64,000 nt of DNA from an uncultured delta proteobacterium (GTDB lineage: Bacteria; Desulfobacterota; Syntrophia; Syntrophales; Smithellaceae), in assembly GCA_963753975.1 (NCBI GenBank), contig CAVWEH010000002.1, positions 256,001 to 320,000 on the forward strand, in the 5' to 3' direction. Shown piece after piece: positions 29,137-40,554 of this stretch. Position 1 is the first letter of the stretch, and each line of letters begins with the position of its first letter. The translations under genes and the position numbers were made by a program. Under the pieces are notes generated by a model. The model worked only from the letters and a program-made list of their open reading frames with translations, did no database searches and had not been told where the DNA came from.

Positions 29137-31062
29137 CTATTTAACAACTAAAATCTGCCCTGGAGTTATTGTTTCATTTCTAGCCAGATTATTTAATTCC
29201 ATCAGCTTGGTAACATTGATGTTGTTTTTTCTGGCAATACTGTAGAGATTATCTCCTCTAATTACTATGTATTTGTTCGTTCCTAATCTATCTACATCCT
29301 CCGCCGACAATATTTTATTTTTGATTTTTGATTTTTGCGTTGTCACTGCTATATTTTCGTTTTTATCGTTTTTTGCTGCTGAAGTTCTGGCTTTTTCATT
29401 CAGAGACACTTTTAGCACTTGACCTACACGTATTGTATCCGATTTCAGGTTGTTTAGTTCTTTAATTTGCGCCTCCGTCGTACCCGAACGCCGGGCAATC
29501 ATCTGCAGTGTGTCACCCCTTTTAACTTTGTATTGCCCTGAAGATATTTGTATTTTATAGTTTTTTTGTCTTGATTTACCTTTTGCGTAACGCTTTTCTT
29601 TAATTATAGGAATCGTCAAACGCTTTCCGACAACCAATGCTTTTTGAGAATTTAGTCTGTTATAAGATATTATTCTGGATACGGGAACGTCATATTTACT
29701 GGCAATAGAATTAAGCGATTCGCCACTTCTTACCCGGTGCCTGATAAAAAATGTTTTAGATAAAAGAAACTTCGGTTTTTCGCATTCGGGAATATCACCT
29801 ACCATTGCATTGAACTTGGCTAGAGATTCTTTGGGGATCTTTAAGTTATATTCTCTATCCGGTGTTATTTTATATCTCAAATCCGAATTAATTAAGTGCA
29901 ATTTTTCATCGGACATTTCGATCCTTGACGCAATATCCTCCAGCTTCATTATCTTATTGACTTTGACTGTTTCCACGGCGATCGGTTTTTCGGCATCACC
30001 TAAATCAAATCCATACTTCTGTGGATTTTTGATTATATATAACGTTGCTAAAAATCGCGGAACATAGCGAGCAGTTTCTCGCGGCAATAGATTGTATAAA
30101 TCCCAAAAACGATCAAAATAATTAATGTGTTGCAGCGATATGACTCTAAGCACTTTTCCCTCTCCGCAATTATATGCGGCCAACGCGGTAAGCCAATCCC
30201 CAAACATGTCGTGTAATTCTTTTAAATAAGCAATTGCCGCTTGAGTTGATTTTTCGACATCCATGCGCTCATCTATCCATTCGTCACGGCTCAATCCGTA
30301 CTTATAACCAGTTGATGGAATGAATTGCCACAAACCAAGTGCGCGGGCGCGGGATAAAGCTTTAATCTTGAAACCGCTTTCCACAAAGGGGAGCCAGGAA
30401 AGCTCTTCGGGAATCCTCGCCTTTTTTAATTCCGTAATTATCGCAGGACGGTACATCCCGGAGCGCTGATAGGCGGCAATAAAAAAATTGCGTTCCACAG
30501 TTTGAAAACAATGAATTTCTCTCTCTACTGCCTCATTCATTGTTAACGGTATTTCACTGGCTTTGCCGTGCGTAGCAGTTTGCTTGGAGGAGTATACAGA
30601 CAGCAGGCGCTTAGATATTAATAATCGCAAATCATCTTTTTGCCGCGCTATAGCGACATCTCCGTCAGCATCGAGAATTAATGCGTAAGCTTTATCCAAT
30701 GTATTTATTGTATTTTCTACATCGCCCTTTTCCCAATAATTATCGGCGACTTCCAGTAAATCCAGTGCTTTTTCCATACTATCTTGTTCATCTTCCGCAG
30801 TCGGCCTGTTTTTTCGCGTTTGCTCAGCATCAGAAGATATATTATATGATAATTTCGCATCCGGTTTTTCTTTTTGTTCCTGATCATGAGTGTCTATATT
30901 GGAGTGCTCACTTGATTCATTTGATGCTTGACTTAAATTTGGTGAAATTGTTTTCGAGGAGGTGTTTTTATCAACTGCAATTTGCGACATGCACGCAGAA
31001 AAGATTAAAATTAAGCAGCAGGAAAAAGCACTAACGACTAAACGGCTTATAATTTTTACCAT
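29137..31062 (-). CDS. mltD: Membrane-bound lytic murein transglycosylase D-like lipoprotein (SLT domain plus three LysM domains)
   Basis: Lipobox FSAC; VESGF, GLWQF, ALAAYNCGEG and ETARYVP; three C-terminal LysM repeats. Confidence 0.88.
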   Translation of the reverse strand: MVKIISRLVVSAFSCCLILIFSACMSQIAVDKNTSSKTISPNLSQASNESSEHSNIDTHDQEQKEKPDAKLSYNISSDAEQTRKNRPTAEDEQDSMEKALDLLEVADNYWEKGDVENTINTLDKAYALILDADGDVAIARQKDDLRLLISKRLLSVYSSKQTATHGKASEIPLTMNEAVEREIHCFQTVERNFFIAAYQRSGMYRPAIITELKKARIPEELSWLPFVESGFKIKALSRARALGLWQFIPSTGYKYGLSRDEWIDERMDVEKSTQAAIAYLKELHDMFGDWLTALAAYNCGEGKVLRVISLQHINYFDRFWDLYNLLPRETARYVPRFLATLYIIKNPQKYGFDLGDAEKPIAVETVKVNKIMKLEDIASRIEMSDEKLHLINSDLRYKITPDREYNLKIPKESLAKFNAMVGDIPECEKPKFLLSKTFFIRHRVRSGESLNSIASKYDVPVSRIISYNRLNSQKALVVGKRLTIPIIKEKRYAKGKSRQKNYKIQISSGQYKVKRGDTLQMIARRSGTTEAQIKELNNLKSDTIRVGQVLKVSLNEKARTSAAKNDKNENIAVTTQKSKIKNKILSAEDVDRLGTNKYIVIRGDNLYSIARKNNINVTKLMELNNLARNETITPGQILVVK

Positions 31063-31215
31063 GAACAAAAACTCCTTACTAGCTTTTCATAAATCTAGCG
31101 GAATACTTCGGCTCGCATACATACGACCACAGTTATTTTATTCTTTTTATAGCATATTTTTGCTTTTTTCCCTAAAACTAATTGTATTTTACACAAATTT
31201 TCTTATTTCGTCATT

Positions 31216-32341
31216 TTACGTTACGATACGATTTAATGGGTTCCCTGTCGTCGCCAGGAGATAAGATTTTATAAATTCATCTATATCTCCATCGAGAACC
31301 CTATGGGCATCGCCAATTTCTAAATTCGTCCGGTGATCTTTTACCATTTTATACGGATGCAGAATGTAAGACCGGATTTGGCTGCCCCAGGCAATATCCT
31401 TCTTCAATTTATTTTCCTCGTTGATTTTTTCATTTTTTAATTGCAGTTCTCTCTCATAGAGTCTTGATTTCAGATACTTCATGGCCATCGCTTTATTTTT
31501 GTGCTGAGATCGTTCATTCTGACATTGCACAACTATATTCGTCGGTAAATGGGTGATTCTTACGGCAGAATCCGTTTTATTCACGTGCTGGCCGCCTTTC
31601 CCCCCGGACCTAAAGGTGTCGATACGTAAATCATCTTCATCGATTTCAATCTTAATATCATCGTCAACTTCCGGATAAACAAAAACGGAAGCAAACGAAG
31701 TATGGCGCCGGGCGCCTGAGTCAAAAGGTGAAATTCTAACTAGGCGATGAATGCCGCTTTCCGCTTTCGCATAACCATAAGCGTACTTACCCTCCAACGT
31801 GAAAGACACGCTTTTAATACCGGCCTCGTCTCCAGGCTGGCTATCGATTATTTTGGTGGCGAATCCATTCTTTTCGGCCCAGCGCAAATACATACGCAAT
31901 AACATTTCCGTCCAATCCTGAGCTTCCGTTCCCCCCGCTCCGGCATGAATAGAGACAATTGCGTCCATAGGATCTTGTTCACCGGCCAACATCATTCTTA
32001 TTTCTTCTTGGCCAACAACAGAATTTAAACGATCCAATTCGATGGACAAATCTTGCAGAACTTGTTCGTCTTTTTCTTGCAGAGCGATTGCCCAAAGATG
32101 TTCTATATCTCTTATTTCGTCATTGAATTTTTTCCACTTGTCGAGCGATTCGGTCATTCTCGTCTTTTTTTGTAGTATTTCTCGGGCATTATTTTGATTA
32201 TCCCAGAATTCTTTCTTTAAAGATGATATTTCCAAATCTTTTATTTTTAGTTCCATCTCCGGTACGTCAAAGACACTCCCCGATATATTTGATTCTTCTT
32301 TTCAAATCATTTACTGTTTCTTGTATGTTTTCGATGGTCAT
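31216..32341 (-). CDS. prfB: Peptide chain release factor 2 with programmed +1 frameshift
   Basis: ATG 32341 gives MTIENIQ...IGECL ending in CTT-TGA-C, then the +1 frame DVPEMELK. GGTEAQDW, SPF and GGQ motifs present. Confidence 0.97.
32266..32281 (-). promoter_or_regulatory. RF2 +1 frameshift cassette
   Basis: Internal SD-like GGGGAG, 3-nt spacer TGT, then CTT TGA C. Confidence 0.93.
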
Positions 32342-32365
32342 TTTTTAACCTCCCTTTCCAACTTA

Positions 32366-33907
32366 CTAGAATAAAAAGTAAACCATAATTGACACGAAAC
32401 AAATAACTACCAATATATCGCCGTATTGGGCATAAAATGTCGGTATCTTTAGAAATTTTATATTCCCTTTCAAAGCTTCTCTTTGAAATATTTTTGTTTG
32501 CGCAATTATTTTCCCTCGTGGATCGAAAATTCCGGAAACGCCTGTATTGGCGGCGCGAACCAAATATAGCCGGGTTTCCACAGCGCGAAACAACGCCATG
32601 GAAAAGTGCTGAAAAGGTGCTGAAGTTGCGCCAAACCAGGCATCATTGGTAATGTTCACCAATAATTCGGCTGATCCTTTTTTATATGTTCTGGCGGCTT
32701 CCGGCAAAACTCCTTCGTAACAAATCAGGATCCCAATTTTTTTACCATCTAAGAGCACGGGGTAAAAGCCAGCTCCGGCCGTAAAATCACCAATTCCGGC
32801 AGTAAGCCCTTCAACGAAGGGCACAATATTTCTTAGAGGGACATATTCACCATAGGGAACCAAATGAACTTTATCATATCTCCCTTTATTTTCTCCAGCG
32901 GGAGACAATATGTAGGCGCTGTTGAAAAAATTTCCGTACCCTCTTATCGGCAAATAACTTACTGCACCGAATATAAACCAGCTTTTCGTCCGGACTGCTA
33001 AATCTTTTACTTGTTTTTGCAAATCATTTGCATCGAGAAAATTAAACGGGAGAGCTGTTTCCGGCCAGACCAACAATCCTCCTTCTGCCGGAGGATTCTG
33101 CAAAGAAAGATTTTCGTATATATTTAAGGCTTCTTTTTGAAAATTTTTGTTCCATTTTATTGATTGATCTATATTGGCCTGGATCAACGCAACTTCCATG
33201 CCCTTAGCGTTATCCATAGCTTTTTCCACCTGATTTACTCGAACGGCGCCGTAAATAAAAACGCTGCCTAAAATTAAAAAGGTCACCGCAGCCGCTATAA
33301 TCGCCTTTTTTGATCTTTTCGCCATCAGATCGAACAAAGATGCATTAACCATAACGATCAAAAAAGACAAACCAAAGACGCCGAAAACATCGGCAAATTG
33401 AATAAAATAGAAATTCAAATACTGGGAATAGCCGAGATTCTCCCAGGGGAACCCCGTTAAAAGATAAGACTTACAATATTCCAGAAAAATCCATAGGGCC
33501 GGCGCCAATAAGAAAAGGATCTTTCCCCGAAAAAAAACGATACCCGCGGCAAATAGCGCAGTGTAAATGCTTAAATAGCAGGCTAAGAGCAACATCAAAA
33601 TAACGCCCAAATATATAGGCAAATAACCATAATTTACAACTACATACGTAATCCAATAGATTATTCCTATATAGCCCACAAGCCCGGCGAGAAAACCCAA
33701 AACTAACCCTTGCCGGAGTGAAGTTACTTTCCGCAATGCAAAAAAAAGAGGAATAAAAGCTATCCAGGCAATCAGGCCACAGCCGTATTTTGGAAATGAC
33801 AAAAATATAAGTACACCGCTCAGTACGGCTAAAATAATTTTATTTTCCAATAATTTTTTATAAAAACTGAAATTGAATTTTTTCACGGATATGCTTTTGT
33901 TATCCAT
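32366..33907 (-). CDS. lnt: Apolipoprotein N-acyltransferase
   Basis: GFPW, QANI, WPET, YDKVHLVPYGEYVP, ICYE, TNDAWF and RAANTG. Confidence 0.96.
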   Translation of the reverse strand: MDNKSISVKKFNFSFYKKLLENKIILAVLSGVLIFLSFPKYGCGLIAWIAFIPLFFALRKVTSLRQGLVLGFLAGLVGYIGIIYWITYVVVNYGYLPIYLGVILMLLLACYLSIYTALFAAGIVFFRGKILFLLAPALWIFLEYCKSYLLTGFPWENLGYSQYLNFYFIQFADVFGVFGLSFLIVMVNASLFDLMAKRSKKAIIAAAVTFLILGSVFIYGAVRVNQVEKAMDNAKGMEVALIQANIDQSIKWNKNFQKEALNIYENLSLQNPPAEGGLLVWPETALPFNFLDANDLQKQVKDLAVRTKSWFIFGAVSYLPIRGYGNFFNSAYILSPAGENKGRYDKVHLVPYGEYVPLRNIVPFVEGLTAGIGDFTAGAGFYPVLLDGKKIGILICYEGVLPEAARTYKKGSAELLVNITNDAWFGATSAPFQHFSMALFRAVETRLYLVRAANTGVSGIFDPRGKIIAQTKIFQREALKGNIKFLKIPTFYAQYGDILVVICFVSIMVYFLF

Positions 33908-34724
33908 TTTCACTATCGGTTTGGAGTTTTCTGATTTTTACTTTTTTGATGCTGCGTTCGTCGGCATTTTCGATTGTAATTTCCAGTCCCTTTATTTGAT
34001 ATGTTTCGCCGACCAGCGGAATTCTTCTGGTCGCGTTTAGGATCATGCCGCCGAGAGTCTCATATCGTCCCTTTTCCAGACTAATATTCAAATATTCTTC
34101 AATTTTTTCAATTTCCGTTCGTCCATCGGCCATAAGGGAACCATCCGCTGATTGAAAAATTCCAGCAGTGTCGGTATTTACTTCATGTTCGTCACGAATT
34201 TCGCCGACAATTTCTTCCAGTAGGTCTTCCAGCGTGACCAGGCCTGATGTTCCTCCGTATTCATCAATAACAATCGCTATATGTTTTTTATTTTCTTTGA
34301 ATTCATAAAACAACAGGTGGGTGTTTTTTGTTTCCGGAATATAATATGGTTTGGTTAGTTGGGTTAATATATCTTCTTTCGTAATTTCTTTTGACCAGAA
34401 TTTAAGCAAATCTTTGACATTCAGGATGCCGATAATGTTATCGATTGTTCCGCGATAAACGGGTAGGCGCGTATGCCGCGATTCGATTGCTTCTTTTATA
34501 ATTTCCTCAGTCGTCGCCTCTGTGCTCACAGCGATGATCTCCGTTCTCGGAATCATTAGCTCGCGAACTAAAATATGCGCAAACTCTAAAATATTTTCGA
34601 TTATCTCCCGGGATGAAGAATCTACCAAACCATATCTTTGCGCTTTGGACAATACTGCGTCAATTTCTTTTTTGACATATTTTAAGTTGCGCCAGAAAAA
34701 AAGTTTAGAGAATATTCGCGTCAT
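33900..34724 (-). CDS. corC: CorC/HlyC family CBS-domain protein
   Basis: [34 protein letters not shown] and TLGG; upstream of lnt. Confidence 0.88.
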   Translation of the reverse strand: MTRIFSKLFFWRNLKYVKKEIDAVLSKAQRYGLVDSSSREIIENILEFAHILVRELMIPRTEIIAVSTEATTEEIIKEAIESRHTRLPVYRGTIDNIIGILNVKDLLKFWSKEITKEDILTQLTKPYYIPETKNTHLLFYEFKENKKHIAIVIDEYGGTSGLVTLEDLLEEIVGEIRDEHEVNTDTAGIFQSADGSLMADGRTEIEKIEEYLNISLEKGRYETLGGMILNATRRIPLVGETYQIKGLEITIENADERSIKKVKIRKLQTDSENG

Positions 34725-34747
34725 ATTTAAAAATATTTCTCCTTAAA

Positions 34748-35620
34748 TTATAAACCGCGCAAGTATTCCGGCCTTATTCTGTTGACGTTTTTTTCTTCCA
34801 GGACCGAACCGATTATTTTCAAAATTTTCTCTTTGTCCCGAGGCAAATCAGCCTTTATCGGCAAATAGTTGGAAGCATGATTGGAAGTGAAATAGCAATT
34901 TGTAAAATTGGAATTGGAAATGATCAAATAAAGTTCGCGAATATAACCAAATTTATCCGGTAAAATAAAGCGGCCGGAGATGTAATCCTCGTATAATGGA
35001 GTATGCGGAACGAGCATCAAAGTAAGCGCGCCCACATAATCCGGATCGATATCGCTCAAAATTCGGGCAGTGCCCATCGCATGTTCTACGCTTTTTTCTA
35101 TCCCGCCTATCCCTAATAGTACCGTTACAGAGAGTGCCATGCCCGCTTCTTTTACACGGTGCGCTGCCGTGACCATTTGTTCGTAAGTTACACCCTTATG
35201 TATTTTTTGCAGTAATTCAATATCCCCCGTTTCCACACCCAAATAGATTATTTTCAGACCCAGCTCTTTTAGTTTTTTAAGTTCATGAACGGATTTTCTT
35301 AAAATGCTTTTGGCATTGGCATACGTTCCGATGCGTTCAATATTCCGCAAATTGTCCTTAATTAGTTTTAGTATCTCTTCCAGACGCGCCTGCGGTATAA
35401 TCAGGGCATCCCCATCACACAAAAAAACTTTATCCACATTGTCGAAATTGCGGGCTTCCTGTAAATCCTTTTTGATTTGCTCCAGGGGTTTTATCTTGAA
35501 TTTCTTTTGACGGTAAGTCCCGCAAAATGTGCATTTATTGTGTGAACAGCCTACAGTCACCTGCACAAGCAGGCTGTAAGCTTCACTGGGTGGTCTTATT
35601 ATTAATCCTTCGTAATCCAC
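34748..35620 (-). CDS. Radical SAM protein of unknown function
   Basis: IRPPSEA..LLVQVTVG followed by CSHNKCTFC (CxxxCxxC); also FLCDGDAL, GVETG and SNHASNY. GTG start. Confidence 0.9.
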   Translation of the reverse strand: MDYEGLIIRPPSEAYSLLVQVTVGCSHNKCTFCGTYRQKKFKIKPLEQIKKDLQEARNFDNVDKVFLCDGDALIIPQARLEEILKLIKDNLRNIERIGTYANAKSILRKSVHELKKLKELGLKIIYLGVETGDIELLQKIHKGVTYEQMVTAAHRVKEAGMALSVTVLLGIGGIEKSVEHAMGTARILSDIDPDYVGALTLMLVPHTPLYEDYISGRFILPDKFGYIRELYLIISNSNFTNCYFTSNHASNYLPIKADLPRDKEKILKIIGSVLEEKNVNRIRPEYLRGL

Positions 35621-35656
35621 GATTGATTCTTGTCTCCGTGTCTATCCTCTTTTTAT

Positions 35657-35774
35657 GGAAGTTGATCCCGCGACTTGGAATACCCCGGCTCCGGCCGGGG
35701 GAGGAAAGCACCGTAACGCGCGGGAGGTCGCGTTGTTCTCAGGGAGCTTCCAACTCCTACGGACGGGGCTCCAC
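35657..35774 (-). ncRNA. Candidate structured leader RNA, family not recognised
   Basis: GC-rich island with several stems, lying between a promoter and the radical SAM gene's SD. Confidence 0.55.
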
Positions 35775-35787
35775 TAAATTGTTTGAA

Positions 35788-35816
35788 AGTTTATATGAAC
35801 AATATCTAAAAAGCAA
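35788..35816 (-). promoter_or_regulatory. sigma70-like promoter upstream of the structured leader
   Basis: TTGCTT-N17-TAAACT. Confidence 0.6.
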
Positions 35817-35934
35817 GTTATTGGGCAAATCACGGGTATGAATCCTGGCTAGAGCGTATCATACCCTCCGCTTTCAGCGGGATTGTTCGACTCACAAATT
35901 TCAATTCACTTCGTTTTTGAAATTTTAGTCTCAC

Positions 35935-35968
35935 AAAAAAAGGGAGTCGCCATAACAGCTGACTCCCT
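35935..35968 (-). terminator. Intrinsic terminator after tRNA-Val/tRNA-Asp
   Basis: AGGGAGUC...GACUCCCU followed by U6. Confidence 0.85.
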
Positions 35969-35976
35969 CGATTTTC

Positions 35977-36053
35977 TGGCGGGGCCGATGGGACTTGAAC
36001 CCACGCCCTCCGGCGTGACAGGCCGGCGTTATAACCAACTTAACTACGACCCC
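35977..36053 (-). tRNA. tRNA-Asp(GTC)
   Basis: GGGGTCG acceptor, anticodon arm CCGGC-CTGTCAC-GCCGG, TTCAA T-loop, encoded CCA. Confidence 0.97.
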
Positions 36054-36101
36054 TAAAAATCATGATAATTTGAAGTGCAACTCTCTTTGAATCAGCATTA
36101 A

Positions 36102-36177
36102 TGGTAGGCGGAACAGGACTCGAACCTGTGACATCCACGGTGTAAGCGTGGCGCTCTCCCAGCTGAGCTACCCGCCC
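36102..36177 (-). tRNA. tRNA-Val(TAC)
   Basis: GGGCGGGTAGCTCAG start, anticodon arm CCACG-CTTACAC-CGTGG, TTCGA T-loop, CCA. Confidence 0.97.
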
Positions 36178-36202
36178 GCAATTCCTCAAAAACGCTGTGA
36201 GG

Positions 36203-36231
36203 CTTCTAGCAACATTGACTTTTCTTGTCAA
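36203..36231 (-). promoter_or_regulatory. sigma70 promoter of the tRNA-Val/Asp operon
   Basis: TTGACA-N17-TAGAAG. Confidence 0.65.
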
Positions 36232-36252
36232 GTTTTAAAGTATAGAAAACTT

Positions 36253-38658
36253 TTAATTCACAGATTGGACACTGACCGGCACTTCCGGCGTGATCATTTC
36301 ACCAAAATTTTCTTCATCTTTGACAAAAGCAATATCTAAGACTTCATCTATATGCTCGACAAAAACTATCTCCAGAGCACTTTGCACATTTTGCGGAACT
36401 TCTATTAAATCTTTTTCATTGTCTTTCGGAATAATGACCATTTTTATGTTACCCCGATGAGCAGCCAGGATCTTTTCCTTTAACCCGCCGATAGGTAAAA
36501 CCCGGCCCCTCAAGGTAATTTCACCGGTCATGGCTAAATCGGCACGCACTTTTTTCTTCATCAGTGCTGAGGCAATAGATGTAGCCATCGCGATGCCCGC
36601 CGATGGGCCGTCTTTAGGAATAGCTCCTTCCGGGACATGAACATGAATATCAATTTTCTCATAAAAATTTTTGGGCAGGCCGAATCTTTCCGCACGAGCC
36701 CGAATATAAGTCAATGCGGCCTGAACAGATTCCTGCATTACATCGCCTAATTTTCCAGTCATTACCATCTTGCCGGTTCCTTCCATGATGGAAGCTTCGA
36801 TAGCCAATAGTTCCCCGCCAACTTCTGTCCAGGCTAAACCGATTGTCAGACCTATTTCATCTTTACCTTCTGTTTCCCCATGGCGGAACTTGGGTACACT
36901 TAGATATTTCACGATAGATTTGGAAGTAATAACTAATTTTTTCTTATTACCGTTGCTGACTATTTCTTTAGCTACTTTACGACAGATGGAAGCTATTTCA
37001 CGCTCCAGGTTGCGCACACCGGCTTCCCGCGTGTATTGACGGATAATTCTGAGCAATGCTCCTTTGGTGAATTCGATATTCTCGGCTAACAAACCGTTGG
37101 CTTCCAGTTGTTTCGCGATCAAGAACTTTTTCGCGATCTGCAATTTTTCCGGTTCCGTGTATCCCGCTATTCTAATTACTTCCATTCTATCCTGCAGAGG
37201 AGCCGGAATTGTCTGTAAAATATTGGCTGTGGTAATGAACATAATGTCGGACAAATCATAATCCACATCCAGATAGTTATCATTAAAAGCGAAGTTTTGC
37301 TCCGGATCGAGAACTTCCAAAAGTGCCGAAGAGGGATCTCCTCTGAAATCGGAACTGAGTTTATCCACTTCGTCCAGACAGAAAACAGGATTGTTGGAGC
37401 CGGCCTTCTTCAGGGACTGGATAATTTTTCCCGGCATAGCTCCTATATAAGTGCGCCGATGGCCGCGAATCTCCGCTTCGTCGCGAACGCCTCCCAGAGA
37501 AATACGTACGAACTTCCTGTTTGTGGCTCGCGCCACTGATTTGGCAATCGATGTTTTACCCACCCCGGGAGGACCGACCAGACATAAAATCGGTCCTTTA
37601 TTTTTCTTTACCAACGATTGAACGGCAAGGTATTCGATAATGCGCTCCTTGACCTTTTTTAATCCGTAGTGATCCTCTTCCAGGATAATTTCCGATTCTT
37701 TCAAGGTATATTTATTTTCCGTTTTATCCGCCCAGGGCATATCGAGGAGCCAGTCAATATAATTTCTGACAACCGTAGCCTCGGCGGACATAGGCGCCAT
37801 CATTTGTAATTTTTTAATTTCCTGACGGGCTTTTTTCGCTGCCTCTTCGGACAGCTTCTTTTGCTTTAAACGCTTTTCCAATTCGACTATTTCATTACGA
37901 AAATCGTCTTTTTCTCCCATTTCCTTCTGAATAGCCCGCATTTGTTCATTGAGATAATAATCCTTCTGCGTTTTCTCCATCTGCTTTTTAACGCGTCGTT
38001 TTATCTTTTCCTCAACCTGCAGGATTTCTATTTCCGAGAGCATCAGTGAATAAATTGCTTCCAGCCGCTCGCCGATATTGAATATCTCTATAATTTTTTG
38101 TTTATCTTCCAGCTTCACATTAATATGGGTAATTACAACATCCGCAAGCTTCGAGGCATCTTCAATAGCGGCAATTGTTCCCATCATTTCCACGTGAATT
38201 TTTTTGCTGAGTTTCAGATAAAGCTCAAAAGATTCTTTGATGCTGCGTATCAGCGCTTGCTTTTTGACGTCATTTTGATCATCAATATCTTCGATCTCAT
38301 TTACTTTGACCAGAAAAAAATCATTATTGGGCAAATATTCTTTTATGACACCGCGAGTTTTTCCTTCCACCAGCACTTTGACCGTTCCGTCCGGCAGGCG
38401 CAAAAGTTGAATGATAATGCCGATTGTACCGATATTGTAAATATCTTCCTGATTCGGATCGTCTTTCTTGGCATTTTTCTGAGCAACCATAAAAATGCCT
38501 TTCTCATACTTCATTGCCGACTCCAGCGCAGCAATCGATTTTTCGCGGCCAACAAACAAAGGAACGATCATATGGGGAAAGACCACAACGTCTCTCAGAG
38601 GCAAAAGCGGCATCACAATTGTTTTTTCTTGGTCATCTAATTTTTTTTCTTCAAACAT
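36253..38658 (-). CDS. lon: ATP-dependent protease La
   Basis: [28 protein letters not shown] (catalytic Ser) and GGLKEK (catalytic Lys). Confidence 0.99.
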   Translation of the reverse strand: MFEEKKLDDQEKTIVMPLLPLRDVVVFPHMIVPLFVGREKSIAALESAMKYEKGIFMVAQKNAKKDDPNQEDIYNIGTIGIIIQLLRLPDGTVKVLVEGKTRGVIKEYLPNNDFFLVKVNEIEDIDDQNDVKKQALIRSIKESFELYLKLSKKIHVEMMGTIAAIEDASKLADVVITHINVKLEDKQKIIEIFNIGERLEAIYSLMLSEIEILQVEEKIKRRVKKQMEKTQKDYYLNEQMRAIQKEMGEKDDFRNEIVELEKRLKQKKLSEEAAKKARQEIKKLQMMAPMSAEATVVRNYIDWLLDMPWADKTENKYTLKESEIILEEDHYGLKKVKERIIEYLAVQSLVKKNKGPILCLVGPPGVGKTSIAKSVARATNRKFVRISLGGVRDEAEIRGHRRTYIGAMPGKIIQSLKKAGSNNPVFCLDEVDKLSSDFRGDPSSALLEVLDPEQNFAFNDNYLDVDYDLSDIMFITTANILQTIPAPLQDRMEVIRIAGYTEPEKLQIAKKFLIAKQLEANGLLAENIEFTKGALLRIIRQYTREAGVRNLEREIASICRKVAKEIVSNGNKKKLVITSKSIVKYLSVPKFRHGETEGKDEIGLTIGLAWTEVGGELLAIEASIMEGTGKMVMTGKLGDVMQESVQAALTYIRARAERFGLPKNFYEKIDIHVHVPEGAIPKDGPSAGIAMATSIASALMKKKVRADLAMTGEITLRGRVLPIGGLKEKILAAHRGNIKMVIIPKDNEKDLIEVPQNVQSALEIVFVEHIDEVLDIAFVKDEENFGEMITPEVPVSVQSVN

Positions 38659-38676
38659 AATTTTCCCGTATATTTC

Positions 38677-39939
38677 TTAAGCAGATTCGGATTTTCCTTC
38701 GTAAATTAAAATCGGTTTTTCTTTCTTTAAAACCACGTCTTCACTGATTACGCATTCCTTGATATCGTTCTGAGAAGGTATATCATACATGACTTCCAAC
38801 ATTGTATTTTCCAGAATGGAGCGCAGGCCGCGCGCACCTGATTTTCTCTCCATTGATAACTTGGCTACAGCGCGCAGAGCACCGTCCGTAAATTTCAAAG
38901 TCACATTTTCCAAGCCGAATAATTTTTTATACTGTTTGATAATAGCATCCTTGGGTTCAAGTAAAATTCGAATCAAAGTCGATTCATCCAAATCATCCAA
39001 TGTGGCAATAACCGGTAGACGGCCTATGAATTCGGGTATTAATCCAAACTTCAATAAATCTTCTGCCCGCGTTTCAGCCAGCAATTCACCGGATCTTTTT
39101 TCTTTTTTACTTTTAATTTCGGCGCCAAAGCCCATCGCGTTTACTCCCAATCGCTTGGAAATGATGTTTTCTAAATCATTAAACGCTCCGCCGCATATAA
39201 ATAAAATATTTGTTGTATCCACCTGAATGAATTCCTGTTGGGGATGCTTGCGGCCGCCTTTGGGTGGGATATTGGCCATTGTTCCTTCCATAATTTTTAA
39301 TAGGGCCTGCTGGACCCCTTCGCCGGAAACGTCTCTAGTTATGGAAGGATTTCCGGATTTCTTCGCAATTTTGTCTATTTCATCGATATAAACAATTCCT
39401 TTAGATGCCCGGGCCACATCATAATCGGCATTTTGCAACAAACTTAAAATAATGTTTTCTACGTCTTCTCCGACGTAGCCGGCCTCAGTTAAAGTTGTAG
39501 CATCGGCGATAGTGAAAGGAACATTGAGGAATTTTGCCAGTGTTTTCGCCAGGAGTGTTTTTCCCGAACCTGTAGGCCCGATGAGAAGGACATTGCTTTT
39601 TTGAATCTCTATGCCGTCGGAATCAACGGTGGAAAACAATCTTTTATAATGATTATAAACGGCAACCGAAAGTATCTTCTTGGTCTTATCCTGACCAATT
39701 ACGTATTGATCCAGATATTTTTTGATTTCTTTTGGTTGCAGCAAACCATTTTTGGAATCTTTCTCTACTGTCTTATCTTCTTCTTCTTCAATAATATAAC
39801 GGCAAAGCTCAATGCACTCGTCGCAGATATATGCTGTAGGACCGGCAACCAGTTTTCGCACTTCGCTCTGCATTTTTCCGCAAAAAGAACAAAAAAGCAT
39901 GCCCTGTCCTATTCGATTATCTTTACTTTTCTTTATCAC
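38677..39939 (-). CDS. clpX: Clp protease ATPase subunit ClpX
   Basis: CSFC...CDEC zinc domain, [24 protein letters not shown] loop and GARGLR. Confidence 0.99.
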   Translation of the reverse strand: MIKKSKDNRIGQGMLFCSFCGKMQSEVRKLVAGPTAYICDECIELCRYIIEEEEDKTVEKDSKNGLLQPKEIKKYLDQYVIGQDKTKKILSVAVYNHYKRLFSTVDSDGIEIQKSNVLLIGPTGSGKTLLAKTLAKFLNVPFTIADATTLTEAGYVGEDVENIILSLLQNADYDVARASKGIVYIDEIDKIAKKSGNPSITRDVSGEGVQQALLKIMEGTMANIPPKGGRKHPQQEFIQVDTTNILFICGGAFNDLENIISKRLGVNAMGFGAEIKSKKEKRSGELLAETRAEDLLKFGLIPEFIGRLPVIATLDDLDESTLIRILLEPKDAIIKQYKKLFGLENVTLKFTDGALRAVAKLSMERKSGARGLRSILENTMLEVMYDIPSQNDIKECVISEDVVLKKEKPILIYEGKSESA

Positions 39940-40554
39940 TTAATTCTCCTTTTTTATGTTTGCAGCGGACGCCGGCTTGCGAATTATAATTTCATCAATC
40001 AAACCGTATTCTTTAGCTTGTTGACTATCCATGAAATAGTCACGCTCCGTATCATTAATTATCTTCGCCAGAGGCTTCCCTGTCAAATCAGCTAAAATTC
40101 GATTTAACTCGTCTTTTAATCTTAATATTTCTTTTGCCTGTATATCAATATCTGTTGCCTGCCCCTGAAAGCCTCCCAACGGTTGATGGATTAAAATACG
40201 CGAATGGGGCAGCGCAAATCGTTTCCCTTTTTTCCCGGCCGCCAAGAGCAGAGCTGCCATGCTTGCTGCTTGTCCCATGCAAACCGTCGAAATTGGGGAT
40301 TTAATATATTGCATCGTATCATAAATAGCCATACCCGAACTTACATTACCTCCGGGGGAATTTAAGTAAAAAAAGATTTCTTTATCCGGGTCTTCCGATT
40401 CTAAATAAAGCATCTGAGCGACAACCAAATTTGCTATATTATCATCAATAGTTGTACCCAGAAAAATTATACGATCTTTTAAAAGACGTGAAAAGATGTC
40501 AAAAGCGCGTTCACCCCGGCCATCTTGTTCAACCACCATGGGAATTAAATTCAC
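39940..40554 (-). CDS. clpP: Clp protease proteolytic subunit
   Basis: [25 protein letters not shown] and ERD. Confidence 0.99.
   Translation of the reverse strand: MNLIPMVVEQDGRGERAFDIFSRLLKDRIIFLGTTIDDNIANLVVAQMLYLESEDPDKEIFFYLNSPGGNVSSGMAIYDTMQYIKSPISTVCMGQAASMAALLLAAGKKGKRFALPHSRILIHQPLGGFQGQATDIDIQAKEILRLKDELNRILADLTGKPLAKIINDTERDYFMDSQQAKEYGLIDEIIIRKPASAANIKKEN

Noticed and set aside
32342..32380. Possible frameshift at the lnt 3' end (short tail VYFLF*)
   Set aside because: All catalytic motifs and the last TM helix are present and Lnt tails vary; I cannot support it without an alignment.
35657..35774. Recoded Pyl/Sec leader peptide (VEPRP-TAG-ELEAP-TGA), tRNA-Sec, RNase P or an HDV-like/theta ribozyme
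   Set aside because: No SD before the GTG and two different stops would need recoding; no T-loop or UCA anticodon arm; too short for RNase P and lacks GAAAGUCC; I could not build the HDV nested double pseudoknot.
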